DNA from: Lama glama
Taxonomy: Eukaryota
Length of the DNA: 64,000 nucleotides
Assembly (NCBI GenBank): GCA_028534125.1
Contig: CM052816.1
Coordinates: 63,428,001 to 63,492,000 of the forward strand
Direction: 5' to 3'
The notes below the pieces were generated by a model. The model ran no database searches. It was given only the letters and a program-made list of their open reading frames with translations, and had not been told where the DNA came from. Below, piece after piece: positions 13,218 to 27,140 of this stretch (position 1 is the first letter of the stretch; each line of letters begins with the position of its first letter). A program made the translations under genes and the position numbers.

Positions 13218-14067
13218 CTGCAAAGATATCAGCAAATTTGTTCATAAACTTATTACATAATCCAGTAATCAGTTAGACCTACACAGTAATACATTTTGGT
13301 TTTAAAACTGAGCACATACCTTCAGTGAGATTTAAAATAGTCAAGAATCATGTACAGCAATATTTCAAACATTTTGCGTCACAATGCACAATAGCAAGTA
13401 TAGTTTACATTGGCTGTTATGAACTCGCACACACATGCACACCACCCCCCAAAAATACTACTAGTTCCTTGAAATGTTACTTGGCCTAATGTCTGCATTG
13501 CAGTCTGATATTTCCTACTTTTCATCTTTTTTTCCCTCCACTAATAGCTGCAACATTCACTTTTATACACACTGACTTACAGACTGTCATTCAGTTTATC
13601 AGATAAATCAATATACTAAGAAATACAAAGAAGTTAAATTTTCTGTGTTCTGCCGATCCTACCCATATGGTTTTGGGCATTTAAAGTCAAGAACATACAA
13701 ACCACATCACTTGTCAGGTTGCTTGCCTATTACGTACTGGTATATGAAAACCTGACTTATACTGAGATCTTCCCATGGTTTCTTCAGTTTTCCAGAAGAT
13801 GTAAGCACCATACAGCTAAGACTACAGGCCATGTACTTTAAATAAAAGTGCATATGACTGGCTATCATTAGCACACTTTAGAATGGTTTTTTTCTTATTC
13901 GAGATATAAGTATTTCATTTCAACTAAGTAAACACTGTATTGACAATGTTAAGCATCAGAAACCAGTCAGAAATGCAATCTTGTAAATATAATATTTCTA
14001 TTTAAAAAAAATCAAATTCCATTTCTATTATTTCAATTCAGTAATTTTAACGGCCTGTGCCTCCAGG

Positions 14068-14617
14068 TGTAGAAAAAGAGCTTTACCATATCCCCAGGCA
14101 ACTCTGCACATGTCTACATAGGCCACAAAGGCAAAGGCTTGAATCTCAGCTAATTTGAGTCTTGGTAGTACATCTTGTGCTCCTCCTGGAACATGAGAGG
14201 GCGAAAGGCTTGTAAGCAACTGCTAAAAGACCATCTCCTGCTCACCTCCCTATCTCCTCTGTTAGGCTGTCACAAGATAGTTTCTCACAGTCTCCAGGGT
14301 TCTGAAAAGGTGTAAGGCATCCTATCCCACTCCTAGTTTCTCTCCCACAGAACAGAGCTGCAGAACACAAAACCACTTAGTTAAGTCTCAAATGGGCTTC
14401 ACAGCCTGGACTGCAGTTATCCAGTCCCTATTGCTTTGGTCATTCTTTTTGGTGTGTGGGACAAGGACCACAGGGAGTTAGTTCTGATGGATAACTGCTC
14501 TTCTCTTATCAAAGATAACTAATAAACTGTCTGAATCTAAAAGTGACTCATATCTTCACCAACCAATCAGTCAGGCTAGGCCTTGGCCCTTCCCTTGTCC
14601 TGTGTGCATGCTTGACA
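14068..14617 (+). mobile_element. Solo LTR, probably ERVL class
   Basis: TG...CA termini, AATAAA at 14521, imperfect 5-bp TSD CCAGG/ACAGG. Confidence 0.6.
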
Positions 14618-15834
14618 ACAGGTACCATAGGTACTTATTAAATCATTTTAGCATATTTTCAAGTATACATGCAATAGTTCAGAGAGTGAAATAAAATTTA
14701 ATCCTAATGTGTTATTATAGCCGAAATATTGTGTTGTTAATTATCTCAATCAATACAGAATTACAGCACAAGCAACAATATCATAAAAAGAGTCTAAAAT
14801 TAACATCATCCCATAAAACACTGTTATAACAAAGAAGCAAATACACATTCTAAACAGAAGGGACATGATACACAGGGGAAAAAAAGCTTTACCTCAAAAA
14901 ACTTGTAAGTTTCACTTACAACTACAATAAATTTTAATAATTTTCTTAGTAAATTAAATCATTTCTGAGAGTCTGAGACTAAAACATACGTCTAGAATCA
15001 GAAAATCCATCATTCTAATTTTTATCACACTCACAATATAATTTTATATTGAATTCTATACTTTTTCAAACATATAAATCAAAAATATTTTTTAGCCAGA
15101 ATAAAGGGAAAGAATAGTAATGGAAGGATTTAGAAGCAGAGAAGAGGTAGGGATTCTACATAAGACCTAAAAGTTAAGTTTAAAACTAAAGTATAATTTT
15201 CTTGTAGAAAATATTTCAAAGAACAAAAAAATGAAATTTATAGCCTTGGCTTTAAGTTTCAGACCCATTTGGTACTCAGTGTTTATATGAGAAATAAAAT
15301 AAAACCAAAAGGTGCATATCCAAATTTCAAATAACAACAGAAAACCATTATATTCTGAATCTGCTTCTTGCTTAAAGAAAAAACAAAAATGAAACCTTGA
15401 ACTGTTTTATATATAGTCCTTTGTATCTCCTCCTTAAAACAATTTGTTTAACATTAACTTTTACATACAGATTCTATTAAAATTGTTTAGAAGAATTGTT
15501 TTTATATAGAAATTTTTTGTGTCAGTGTACTTAAAAGTCATTGAACTCTTTTAAAAGGTATTTTTAGGATACAAGTATCTATGTAGATAATGGTAATTAT
15601 TTGAGAAAAATAATCATACTAACAAAAGAATAAAGTTATTAAATCCTACTCTGCTCTAAGAGCTGCTCTTACCACAATCCAAAAGCTAGATATTATTGCT
15701 ATTTCCCTTTCACAGTAAGAAAACTGAGGCATAGAGAGGTTAAGCAATTTGTACAAGAGCAAACAAGCATAATTACTAATAGGGAGAAAAAGATTTAAAC
15801 AAGGGAAAGTGTTCAAATCCTGCATTTTCCCCCC

Positions 15835-15921
15835 TTAATGAAGAGAAACATTGGGTATTGAACCCAGGACCTCATGCACACCAAGGATGCACTCTACCAC
15901 TGAGCTATATCTCCCACCCAC
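15835..15921 (-). mobile_element. tRNA-derived SINE (Vic-1-like)
   Basis: TTGAACCCAGGACCTC...CTACCACTGAGCTATA. TSD CCTGCATTTT at 15819-15828 and 15927-15936. Confidence 0.85.
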
Positions 15922-16135
15922 CAGAGCCTGCATTTTTAAACTCTATGTTCTAATGCTTCTTAAAACAGTTATTACCAATTACACAGTAATTTAGTAAAAT
16001 AAATAGCATTAGCATTATTCATATAAGTAAAATCTATTTAGACTTTTAAATACAAAAACATAAACAGATTTAAATAGATACTATCCTATGCATTCGGAAT
16101 TGATACAGTAAACCCTGTTCTCCAAAAATTATATA

Positions 16136-16223
16136 GGGACCGGGGATGTAGCTCAGTGGTAAGTGTGTGGTTAGCATGTGTAAGGTCCTGGGTTCAATCT
16201 CCATTACCTCCATCAAAAAAAAA
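16136..16223 (+). mobile_element. tRNA-derived SINE (Vic-1-like)
   Basis: A/B boxes and poly(A) tail. TSD AAAAATTATATA at 16124-16135 and 16224-16235. Confidence 0.9.
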
Positions 16224-18398
16224 AAAAATTATATAATAATTCAATAATAGCAAAATTTTCTTACCATGACTACCAAAAGGGAAATTTTCCCATATGCCAA
16301 CCAAGGTCAATACTGCTCTTAATGTGGATGCAATAGAAAAATGTGTCCTTCTATTCTATTATTTGCATACAATACCTATGCAAGATACAGCTAATATAAA
16401 GTGAATGTTTTTCTGAGTTTTTTTATACATAAAATTTACTCAGTCATAATAGTCATAGAGTCTTTTATCCAATTCTCAATATCCTCATCTACCACTACAG
16501 GCCAGACTCAATTTTTTTAAAAAAAATGGTAATCATTCCCTAGTTTCTCAATTAAAAGTAAGATTAAGCTTGAGAAACAGAGTTGTCAAAATGGAACCTG
16601 GTATCAGCTTAAGAAGGGTAATAATAAGGGAGAATTTGCCATAGTAAATCATCAGCGTAATATTTTGAAATCACATCAGACATATTTTAAAGGCATTTTA
16701 TAATAATGATAGAAAAAGGGCAAAACTATCTTAACTGTTATAATTTTTTCAAGCACTAATTTGGTTACCAGGAGAATATCCCTTTAAGAATTTCATTACC
16801 TACATATACACAATGTAAATTACTGTATACATACTAAACATAAAAACCTCCTCACTCATTCCCAAATCAAAGAACAAAATATATCACAGAGCATCTCTAA
16901 ATACTGTATCAAAGCTTCTTATTGTCACAAGAGCTGGATAAAAGTATTTCATCATGGTGGAATCAAAGTAATTAAAATTCTACTTTAGTCCATAAAATCA
17001 TCCTCTATTTATAATTTGATTCTAAAACATGCGATTCTAAAACTTTCAAATAATCAAAGGTTCTACTCCATTCCACCTTAAGCAACTTTCATCAATGTTT
17101 GAAATATTCACCCCCATTTCTTAAAAAAATAAATGAATAAATAGTGTAGTAACATTTACAAATAACAATGGCAGAGTTACACCTTGATCTATTAATTCTT
17201 CCCTCTTTTTGGACCTGAGAAGTAACAGTATGAAAGTACTACTTTAGGACCATAGATACAAAGAGCGGGTAACAAGTTGGGAATGTAGCAGGTATTAGTT
17301 TGGCATACAGCAGGTATCGCTGAATGAAAGTATACAGCACCTGTGACAGAAATCAAGGAAAAAACAGCAGTATGAAGAAAAATTTATTTAATATTCTCCT
17401 TTGTTTCATATTCCAGTTCTGCAGCTAAGCACCTAGTTAAAGACACTAGGCATCTACTACAGCTCCAATTCATAATTCTTTTAGTTAGCCTACAGAAGGG
17501 CTCTACACAAACAGGGACAGAGTAAAGAAGCAATTGCACTATTTGAGCCCAAAGGGGAAAGGAGGGAGACAGACAAAGAAAAAAGAAACCACAGGAATTT
17601 GGGAAGGAATACTGCTAACTATCCTGTAAACACAAGCCCTGCAAAAGTTTCTATCTGCTCCAGAAAATACCAACTAATGTATGCTTACAGAAGGCTCAGC
17701 TGGAAAAGGGAAAGTAATGAAGCACAAGTAGGAGGGATAAAACCATTTCTTCTACATTTACTTTTCAGAAATGTAGAGGGGGGAGGAAATATTCAGTCAA
17801 ACAATATGAAAATCAGTTATTTATTGACACATTTTAAGTAATGGTTCGTGAAAACCCCCAATACTTGCATTTTTCTTTTTCTGAACCAGAAGAAACAGTG
17901 CCACCCACTGACTGCTTAGCAGCTTTAACCGAGAAGCACACAGGCTTGACTTCCTGAATATCAAAAGCAAAACATTACCGGAAGTTTTCTTTCTTTTAGC
18001 ATTTTAAATATTCCTAAACCTTTTTAGCCTCCAGACCACTGTCCTCACACTTTTCACCTAAGAAAAGTCAGCACCAAAAAATGTTTAAATCAAGGTCTTG
18101 TCATTCATCACTAATACTGGAGTAATAAATATTATACATAGACTGTAGCTGTCAAAACCTGCTTAACCTAAATCGAGTGAACAAGACAAATAATCAAAAA
18201 TGTTTTTTCAACATTTCAATGGCATGAAAAAAAATGAATACTATTCTAACCTAAAACATACTTGAGACGTGACCAAATGTGACGTACTTGCCATATTTAC
18301 TTTTATGGCTCAAACAAACCACTTATAAAAATTGGCTAGACGTATTAAATCACTCTTTGTACGTGTTTTAAGGATGATAAAAGTTAAATGATCATATT

Positions 18399-18791
18399 TG
18401 TTAAAGTAACCAGATTAAGCCCAAGATGGACTCGCTCATCCTAAGTCCCACATCAGCAAAACCAACATTTAGAACTAAGGTTATATGCTAGGCTCTCCCA
18501 GGAAAGACGTCTAGGTCAACCAGTCAGTGCCTGCCCACTCAACACAAGCTACCTGACCCCGCTCTAAGACTTTCCTGTGCTCCAAGGAAAGTAACCCTTC
18601 TTTAACCAATCAAGTAAGGCCAACCAGTCTAACTTCCTTGTCCCTGCTCACTTTAGTCTGCAAAAAATCTCTCACCTTGCACAAATCTTTGGAGCTCCTA
18701 TCTGCTGGGACTGGATGCTGCCTGATCCATGAATAGTTGAATAAAAGTCTCCTCGATCAGTAAACTATCTGTGGAAAATTTTCTTTTAACA
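18399..18791 (+). mobile_element. Solo LTR, ERV1-like
   Basis: Inverted termini TGTTAAA...TTTAACA, CCAAT at about 18606, AATAAA near 18740, 4-bp TSD TATT/TATA. Confidence 0.8.
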
Positions 18792-21700
18792 TATACAAAA
18801 ATAAATCTATCTTTTTATAGATGAATACCAAAGTATTTAGTAACAAAATATCATGACATCTTTTAAATTACTTTAAAATAACTTAGAAAAAGCAACAAAG
18901 CAAAAACAGCAAAATGTTAACTGCTAAATCTAGATGATAGTGTAACACAGTTAACATTTTCTCTTTTCTATATATTTAAAAAATTCGTAACAAGTAACTT
19001 TTAAAATACCTGTACATTCTTCATACTAACAAGTAGTAATCAGCTTTTCCCTCAACACAGTATTTAAATATAAATTTGTTTCCACTTAACTATGACATAC
19101 ATACATATCAAATTACCAAAATATATTAGGCCAGAAGCTTTGATGGGCACAAGACCTCACAATTTCTAATCAAATTGCCAATATCTCCCAACTGATATTT
19201 ATTAACTTTCGATGCAGGACATTCCTAAAGACTTGCAATATCTCTTACCTTCTTACTTTTTAAGTAAACCCTAATGTCTATTTTGTTCTCGAACCTGTAT
19301 TGGTACACTTCAGGCCCAGGAAGGTCACTCTGGCCCATTTTCCAAATCCCTGAAGTTCTCTAATCCTAGCAACAGCCATAAGGCTGTCTTTAGCTACTGA
19401 TGCTTAGACAATGCTCTCATGCATCCAGGGTACAAACTCAGTATGAGGGAGGAGGAGGTGAAACCGTCCTTCTCTCCATTTGGGACCCTATCTTTGTTCA
19501 CAGCTGCATTTCAGGCATCCAACACAGCGACTAGCAGAGTAGGAACTCGAATATTTGTCAAATGGATACACAGATGGGTCAAAAACCAAAACATAAATCA
19601 GCACTGCTTCAATAGCCCCTTTTCCTAGGACCCAGACAAGTCATTATGAACCATATAAAAAGGATAAGCACCATGCTATATTCAAAATCTCTTCTGTTTA
19701 GTGCATGGCTCCCCACCACCCACTTTTTTTTGGATCAAGCTAGTCACCTTGAGTCTTTTTTCCCTTAAAGTTCCCACCAAAAGGTTCCTCTTTCCCTCAT
19801 ATTTATATAAGACTAGACACACTCTTTCTCTCTCACATACACATTCTCTTAAATCCCCACATAGGTTCATAGCAGAAATGACCCTTAATATATCATAAGA
19901 GTCATTCTTTGAATAGTGTGTTTAAAAGTCAGCATGAAATTTGGCAGAGCAAGAGACAAGATCTAGAATCAACATTTATTTGGCAATTAGAATTACCCAA
20001 ACAAAATCAAAAACAAGATGAATTGAACCTACTTGATGATTTGCTTATAAACACACATTTATTTTTTATATAAATTTCACTATGCTATAAATATCCTGAA
20101 GGCTTGAGTTATACTATATAAGTAGCACCTTGGCATTCTCAAATTTAACCTTCATAACTTCAGCTATTTGGGCATTTTCCCTAAGGATGACATCATGAAG
20201 TTGTAAGTTAATAAGGAATAAGTATGCAAATCTCTGCTACCAGACTGAATGATCTATCTTATAATAATCAAGCCATCTCAAAGCAGCTATGTGGTTCTGT
20301 TTTGTTAGTTTATTTAGAAAACAGTAACTCATCAGGAAGACTCTCCTGAAGTAATGTAACCTTGCCTCACAGTTTCCTCTTATTCTCATCATGCAAATCT
20401 ACGTATGCTGTTAGTGGGAACATTATTGACCATACATCCTTCAATTTTAAAAATTCTGCTAAATTTTAGCCTTGACTATAATAACATAATACAGTGTATA
20501 GTTTTCTTCTATGGCAGATTCTAACAGTTTACTAAATGATCTTTGAGGGTCTGTGTCTTAACGACATTCCCTATGAATGTCAAGAGACAATTTGTGTCTT
20601 TCATCTCCTTCAGCATCATACATATCTCTTGCACATAGCAGGCAATCAATACCTATTGACTGACTTTTAGGAAGAAGTAAAAATTTAAGATTAATTCCTA
20701 ATATACAGCCTTAAAAAATCATAATAAAAACTGGTTAGGGAAAATGCTGTTTTTTAGATTCATACTCTAAATATTATTGAATGAAATGACGTATCAAGAC
20801 CTGCTCTAGCAAAGAGGAAAACAAACGTGACAACACCTTAAGAACTGTTAAATATGACTGAAGAGTATATAGGGGTTGTTGTATTATTCTCTCAACTAGA
20901 CTACATTTGAAATTTTCTTAATTGCAAAAAATGTTTAACTAGTCATATACACAACTGCACATCAAAGTATCTAATAAAGCCATTAGATCAACAACATAAC
21001 TGTATGTCAAGAAAATACAAAAGAAAAAATAAAACTAAATGTACACAAAAAGGTCTTCTAGGAAAAAGAGTGCTTAAAAATGCAAAATCAATATTTAAAT
21101 TATGCTGTAATTGAGATTTCAATCTCAAAACTTTAATGGTGTTTATATAGATTAACTTGGAATAATAAAGGATATAAATTCATAGAATCACACAATTTTA
21201 GAACTGAAAGGAAATTTTAAAGATTCATAAAGCTTAAATGTCTTGCCCAAATCCCATTGCTGCTTAGTTACAAACATTCTTCACTGGAAAACAGGTCTTC
21301 TCATAATTGTTAACCCATATTTCTAAAAACCAAGTGAAATATACCTGCTTCCAAAAAATCTTTTCTTTTTTGGTTTGGGTTACTTCATTTACTACAGCAT
21401 ATACCTTTGTGGTTACATACCATGTTTACAAGATATTATTTGGTTAATACATTTATAATTACATTAGAATTACCAATACTACCTTAAATTTCCTTGCTTT
21501 CATAGACTTTAGATTTTAACTGTACTTAATGTCAACTTTTATAATCATGTTTGTATTAAAATCATATGGTTTTCTAGAAAACAAATTCCCTTTGTGTCTA
21601 ATCAAGCTCAATACTGTTACTGGAAAACAATTTTCTCTCTACTGTTGTTTTTGTAATTTGTCACCTCTGAAGCGAATTTCGTGTAGAGGGAAAACAAGCT

Positions 21701-22219
21701 ATAAAAACTGTTGGGACATGTAGAGCAGTAGGGAGGGTTTTAAGTGTACACTGCACTACTCTGCCATACCAACCAGCTCAACTAGGAGCTTATGCTTTTG
21801 TTATATGGGAAAATAATTTTGTACATGAAGACCATCTTAGCATTAAAGTAAACATATTATTAAAAGGGAGATCTTACATCCATTAATTACCCAGGCATGT
21901 CAACTTTAACTTCCTAAATTTCAACTCTATATCCTCCTAAATGTTCTTTTTACCACTGAACAACGTCAGCCTCAAACTAGTCCCTTTGCCTTCATACTGC
22001 TCTCTACCAACCAATCCTCCTCACTGGCAACTGAGTGATCTCACTGGTCAGATCACTTTCCAGCTTAAAACTTTTCAGATATCTGTTATTCTGAACCCTC
22101 TGAGGTCAATTAAAAAGTATTCAGAATCCTTCAATAATATATTTAGGAGTAAAATTATGGACATTGTGATACAGGTAGCACAGTTTTCATAGTCAAATTA
22201 ACTACGTTAAATCACTCAC

Positions 22220-22423
22220 ATCATAAAACAGTTTTCTATCAGCAGCCAGACGTTTAGACGCCAGAGTCTTGGTAACATGATAGAAGGTAAGTAATGCTCT
22301 GTGCTGTCGAAGATCATCTTGGACTTTCACAGATTCTATAAGAGTAGGAATCAGTTCAGGCCACTGTCTAGGACAGTCCAATCGAGCAACTTTTGCAATC
22401 AGCACTGCAATCTGAGTTGCAAT
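22220..22423 (-). CDS. IPO11: Importin-11 coding exon 5 (IATQIAVLIA...DRKLFYD), 204 nt
   Basis: Peptide match. AG at 22425-22424, GTGAGT donor at 22219. Phase 0/0. Confidence 0.97.
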
Positions 22424-22567
22424 CTAGAAGGAGAAAAAATTAATCTTCTGAAAAAAAGGTATGAAATTAAAGCACTCAATAAGGTATTCATTCATTGTTG
22501 GAAATTACTTCTTTGGTTAATTATACATTAGACAAAAGTGAATGAGATTTCACTGAACTGCTTAAGA

Positions 22568-23016
22568 TAGTAGTTCTCAGTGTGGTCTATGGATCCCTAG
22601 GGGGCCTAGGATCCTTTCTGTGAGGTCCTCCCTTTCCCAACAACATTCCAGTGTGAAACTAGATTTTACCATATAACTTCGATCAAAATAATATATCACA
22701 ACACAATAAATGAAGAAGGTGATATGAAAATCTAGACATCTTCTTATAAACAGCCAGACACTAAAGAAATAGGCAAAAATGCAGAACGCCACTATTCTCA
22801 ATAAATATTGTTGTTTGGGGAAATAGCTAATATTCACTTTTTTAAATTCTACTTATTAACAAATAAGGGTTTTATAACTTTTTAATTAATTAAAAACTAT
22901 TTTAAAATTTCTCAGTTTTAATTTCTAATACAGTAAGTATCAACAGATAGAACTCTTCAGGGTTTTATTTTAGCAGTATAAGGAAGTTCTAAGGACACAA
23001 AGTTTGAGAACCACTG
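22568..23016. mobile_element. hAT-Charlie non-autonomous DNA transposon
   Basis: Terminal inverted repeats TAGTAGTTCTCA...TGAGAACCACTG with imperfect 8-bp TSD GCTTAAGA/ACCTAAGA. Confidence 0.72.
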
Positions 23017-23864
23017 ACCTAAGAGAAGAAATGAACAACAAATATTAGGTATTTAAATAATGATATTTATTAAGATTAGTGTTTTCACAAATGCTGGTTG
23101 CCAAAACACCTAAACAATAGTTTACCCCTCAATCACCCAAACCCTCCTGCCCTACGGAGAGTAACTGTTCTCTCCATCTTCCCTCATCTCGTCATCTGAG
23201 GAACTGCAAAGGAGAGAACTTGGATCATTTAAATAAGCTGAGATAAAACTGTACTGGATACACATCAGTGTGCTTTAATACTCAAGTTAAAAGAATCAAT
23301 GTAAGAAACAGTAGTAACTTGGAAAAATTAAATAATTTTTGTAAATTTAATTATTTTATTCTTAAAAGAAAAATCTCACTATAAGGGAAAGAAAAAATAA
23401 AACTGTATAATCTACTATCTACCCTCCCATACAGTGAGAACTGAAAATGTGATGAACTAAACAGAGGAAAACCTGAAGCCATCCTGCAGTTTAAAGGGGG
23501 ACCAAGGAGGGGAGGGGGGTTCTAAATCACTAAAATTAATTTCTATGCAGCAAGACCACAAATATATAGAGATGTGCTTTCAATACTGGCTCACAAACTG
23601 ACACAGTTACAAAAAAAATTATGCAAGTATATCTTAAAATGTCTCCTGAGTTTTAAATCATTAATCGCCAAATCTAATCAACATTCTTAACAGCTACAAT
23701 TGGATCTCAAAATTTAAAAACCATCAGAGATGTGTGTATAAACATCACAAATAGACATTATGTAATAAGATTTTATTTTCAATGCCAAGAAACAAAGTTA
23801 GTTTAGAAAAAGAAGCAAAATTAAGGGGAGAGAAAGAACAGTTAGCATTCATTTTCTTACTAAC

Positions 23865-23937
23865 CTGGTTTATTGGTTCATTGAAATTGGTGATTAGCCC
23901 TGCACGCAATGTAGATTTCTCCTCCTCTGAGAGAGCA
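23865..23937 (-). CDS. IPO11: Importin-11 coding exon 4 (ALSEEEKSTLRAGLITNFNEPINQ), 73 nt
   Basis: Hand translation. AG at 23939-23938, GTTAGT donor at 23864. Confidence 0.96.
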
Positions 23938-24701
23938 CTGTAAAAAGATATACTTATTATGCAAGAGAATGCTGCCTAATAATGGATGCAGATCAGCACT
24001 ACTGAGAATTTTAACACTAAAAAGCCTTTCAAACAAGGTGTCTCTAATTGTTTTTGGTAATTAAATAAAATTATTTCCACTGACACATCAACTAATTCAA
24101 AATTTCCTCACAATTGAATAAATAGGAAGCACAAAACAGTAAGGAATAGGAAATAATACAAATTAGAGTAAAGAATGTGATATTTTGATGTTTGCTTTTA
24201 TTGACATAAAAACAATTGCCTACAAAAAAATTAATGACTGGCTTTAAAAAATCTATATGAGTTAATATTAGTCTTTCACTGACTTTTTTTTTTTTTTTTT
24301 TACAAAATCTGATGAGGTTATTCTATGTGGAAAAGGATCAGGACTCAGAGACTATCTGGGATGGAAAACTTATTAGAAACCAATCAGTTTAAAATCTTTC
24401 ATTTTGCATGTCAGAAAAGGATAAACACGATACTATAATTTTGATCACAAAAGAGGAAAGAAACTAGATAGCAAAAGGACAGAGATGGGCAATACTCACT
24501 GTATAAGACTGTATGAGACTATATACATTTGAATTTTGAACTATATGAATGTATTATTTATTTTAAAACTTAAATTTTAAAACCCTCATTTTAAAACCCT
24601 CTCCATTTGGGCTAAGATGGAGGAGCTGGCATTGGATGAATCACACCAAAAAAATCAGTTATACAGGTTGCATTCAATTTTAAGAAAAAGCTTTAAAACA
24701 T

Positions 24702-24950
24702 CTGTTGAGTTGAATTGTGTCCTACCAAAAAGGTATGAGTCCTAACCCCAAACACCTATAAAGGTGACCTTATTTGGATACAGAGGCTTTGCAGATACAA
24801 TCAAGTTAAAATCAGGTCATGCTGGATTAGGGTGGTCCCCAATCCAATGACTGGTGCCCTTCATAGGAAGAGGAAAATCTGGACAAAGACATCAAGGAGA
24901 CACCTGAAAATAAGGCCATGTGACACTGGAGACAGAGACTGGAGTGATAT
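24702..24950 (+). mobile_element. MLT1 (ERVL-MaLR) LTR 5' fragment
   Basis: TTGAATTGTGTCC...GTGACCTTATTTGG...GATTAGGGTGG...AATCCAATGACTGGTG motifs. Confidence 0.78.
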
Positions 24951-24989
24951 TTGGAGAATAATGCACCTCAGTAGTTGATGAAAAAAGTG

Positions 24990-26750
24990 ACACAAAATCA
25001 ATTAGCAGTATAGAAGACCTGAACAGCAAAATTGATAAATTGGACCGAATTGATATATAGATATATCTAACATTACAATCAACTATGGCAAAAGACACAT
25101 TCGTTTCAAGTGTACATAAAACATTTACCAAAATACCATATGCTGGGATAAAACAAGACAGTACATTTTAAATAATGAAATCAGTAACAAAAAAAATATT
25201 GAAAATCCCACATGTTTGGAAATTAGGTGGTATGTATCTAATTAATCTATGGGTTTAAAAAGAAACCACAGGGGAAATTTTTAAATATTTTTAACTAAAT
25301 AGTAATGAAAATATTACATATCAAGGCTTGTAAAACTGAACTAAAGCCATGATTACAAGAAAACTCTTAATGTTTTAAATGTATATAAAAGAAGAAAAAC
25401 TGAAAATCAAGCTTCCATCTCGGAAAGCTAAAGAAAAAAGACCAGCAAATTGAATTCAAAAAAGAAAGAGAAATTACATCAAGCCTTCTAAAGTACAATA
25501 AGCAAAGACAGACAAATAGGCCAACAGGATAAAAGAGAATCCAAAAACAGATCCATACATACAAAATGCCTGCTATGTAACAGGGGAACCACTGAAGTGC
25601 AATAGGGAAAAAAATACATGGTACTGTCCCTACTTCACATCCATAACTTACACAGGAATTACTTCCAGATAGATTATACACCAAAATGTGAAAAATAAAA
25701 CAAAGCTTCTAGCAGAAAACATAGAGTATTTTCACGACCTTACATTGAACAAAAATTTTATAAACAGGTCCCAAAAGAATTAATTATAAAAGAAAGGTAG
25801 CTAAATTGAACTTCATTAAAACTAAAAACTTCTTTTCATCAAAAGACATCATTAAGAAAGTGAAAAGGCAAATCACAAAATAGGAGAAGATATTTTCAAT
25901 ATGTATATTCAACAAAGGACTTACATACAAAAAATATATATAAACCCCATAAATCAATAAGATAATCCAATTTCTTTTAAGTGTGCAAACAGCAGGCCCT
26001 TCACAAAAAAGGCTATCCAAGTGACTAAAAAATACATAAAAATGGTGCTTATTGTTTATTAGGAAAATGCAAAAAACTACCAGGGACAGCAGTATGACTA
26101 AAATAAAACAGGTTAGACCAAGTACTGCTGAGAATGTGACACAAATGCCAACATTCATGTTACTGTGGAACGGCAAATTAGTACAACTAGTCTGGAAAAC
26201 TAACTGACAGTATCTAATAAAGGTGAACATACATCTGACCACAAATGACAGTAAGATGAGCACTTCTGTACAATAAGACATTAAGAAGGTTTTTCAAAGA
26301 AGCATTATTTTTAACAATCAAAAACTACAAACAGCCTTAATACCCATCAACAGCAGAATAGATAAGTAACGATGGTATGTTCCTAAAATGGGATGTTATA
26401 CTCATACATAAAAGAGTAAACTACTGCCCCATGCAACTACATGGAACAACCTCACAAATGTAACATTGAATAAAAGTCAGACACACAGGAGAACATGCTA
26501 TATGATTTTCAGTTGTATGAAGTTCAGATATAGGTAGAACTAATCTGCAGTGACAGGCATCAGGTCTTTGAGGAGCGTGTATAGGTAGGTTACCGCGAGA
26601 GGGCAAAGGGAAGCCTCTGGGCTGATAGTACGTTCTACCTAGTTCTGAGTGGTAGTTACATGGGTGTGTTCACATTACATTCAAACCATACCCTTCGTTT
26701 ATGCACTTTTTAAGTATGTTATATATTATACTTCAAAAAAAGTTTTTTTT
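24990..26750 (+). mobile_element. Old, deleted LINE-1 (L1M) ORF2 and 3'UTR fragments
   Basis: A-rich L1 ORF2-like blocks (AAATTGAACTTCATTAAAACTAAAAACTTC, GTACAACTAGTCTGGAAAAC) with many disruptions. Confidence 0.8.
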
Positions 26751-26814
26751 TAATCTTAAGAGTGACTTGCTCAAGATTAGTAAACAAATGAGAAAATAAG
26801 ATTAAGATAAAAAT

Positions 26815-27140
26815 TTGGGGGGTGGGGTGTGAAAAACGGGTAAAGGGAGTAAAAAGGTACAACTTTCCAGTCATAAAATAAACAAGTCATGGGGATGTAA
26901 TGTATAGCATGGCAACTGCAGTTAATGATAATGTACTGCATATCTGAAAGTTGCTAAGATAGTAAATCTCAAAATTCATCACAAGAAAAAAAAAAAACCC
27001 TGTAACTATATATGGTAACAGATGTTAACTAGACTTATGGTTGTGATCATTTCACAATATATAAAAATTCTGAATCATTATGTTGTATATCTGAAACCAA
27101 TATAATATTACATGTCAATTAAACCTCAATGAAAAAAATA
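26815..27140 (+). mobile_element. L1MA-type 3'UTR fragment
   Basis: AAAAGGTACAACTTTCCAGTCATAAAATAAACAAGTCATGGGGATGTAATG...; similar to 61135-61460. Confidence 0.82.
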
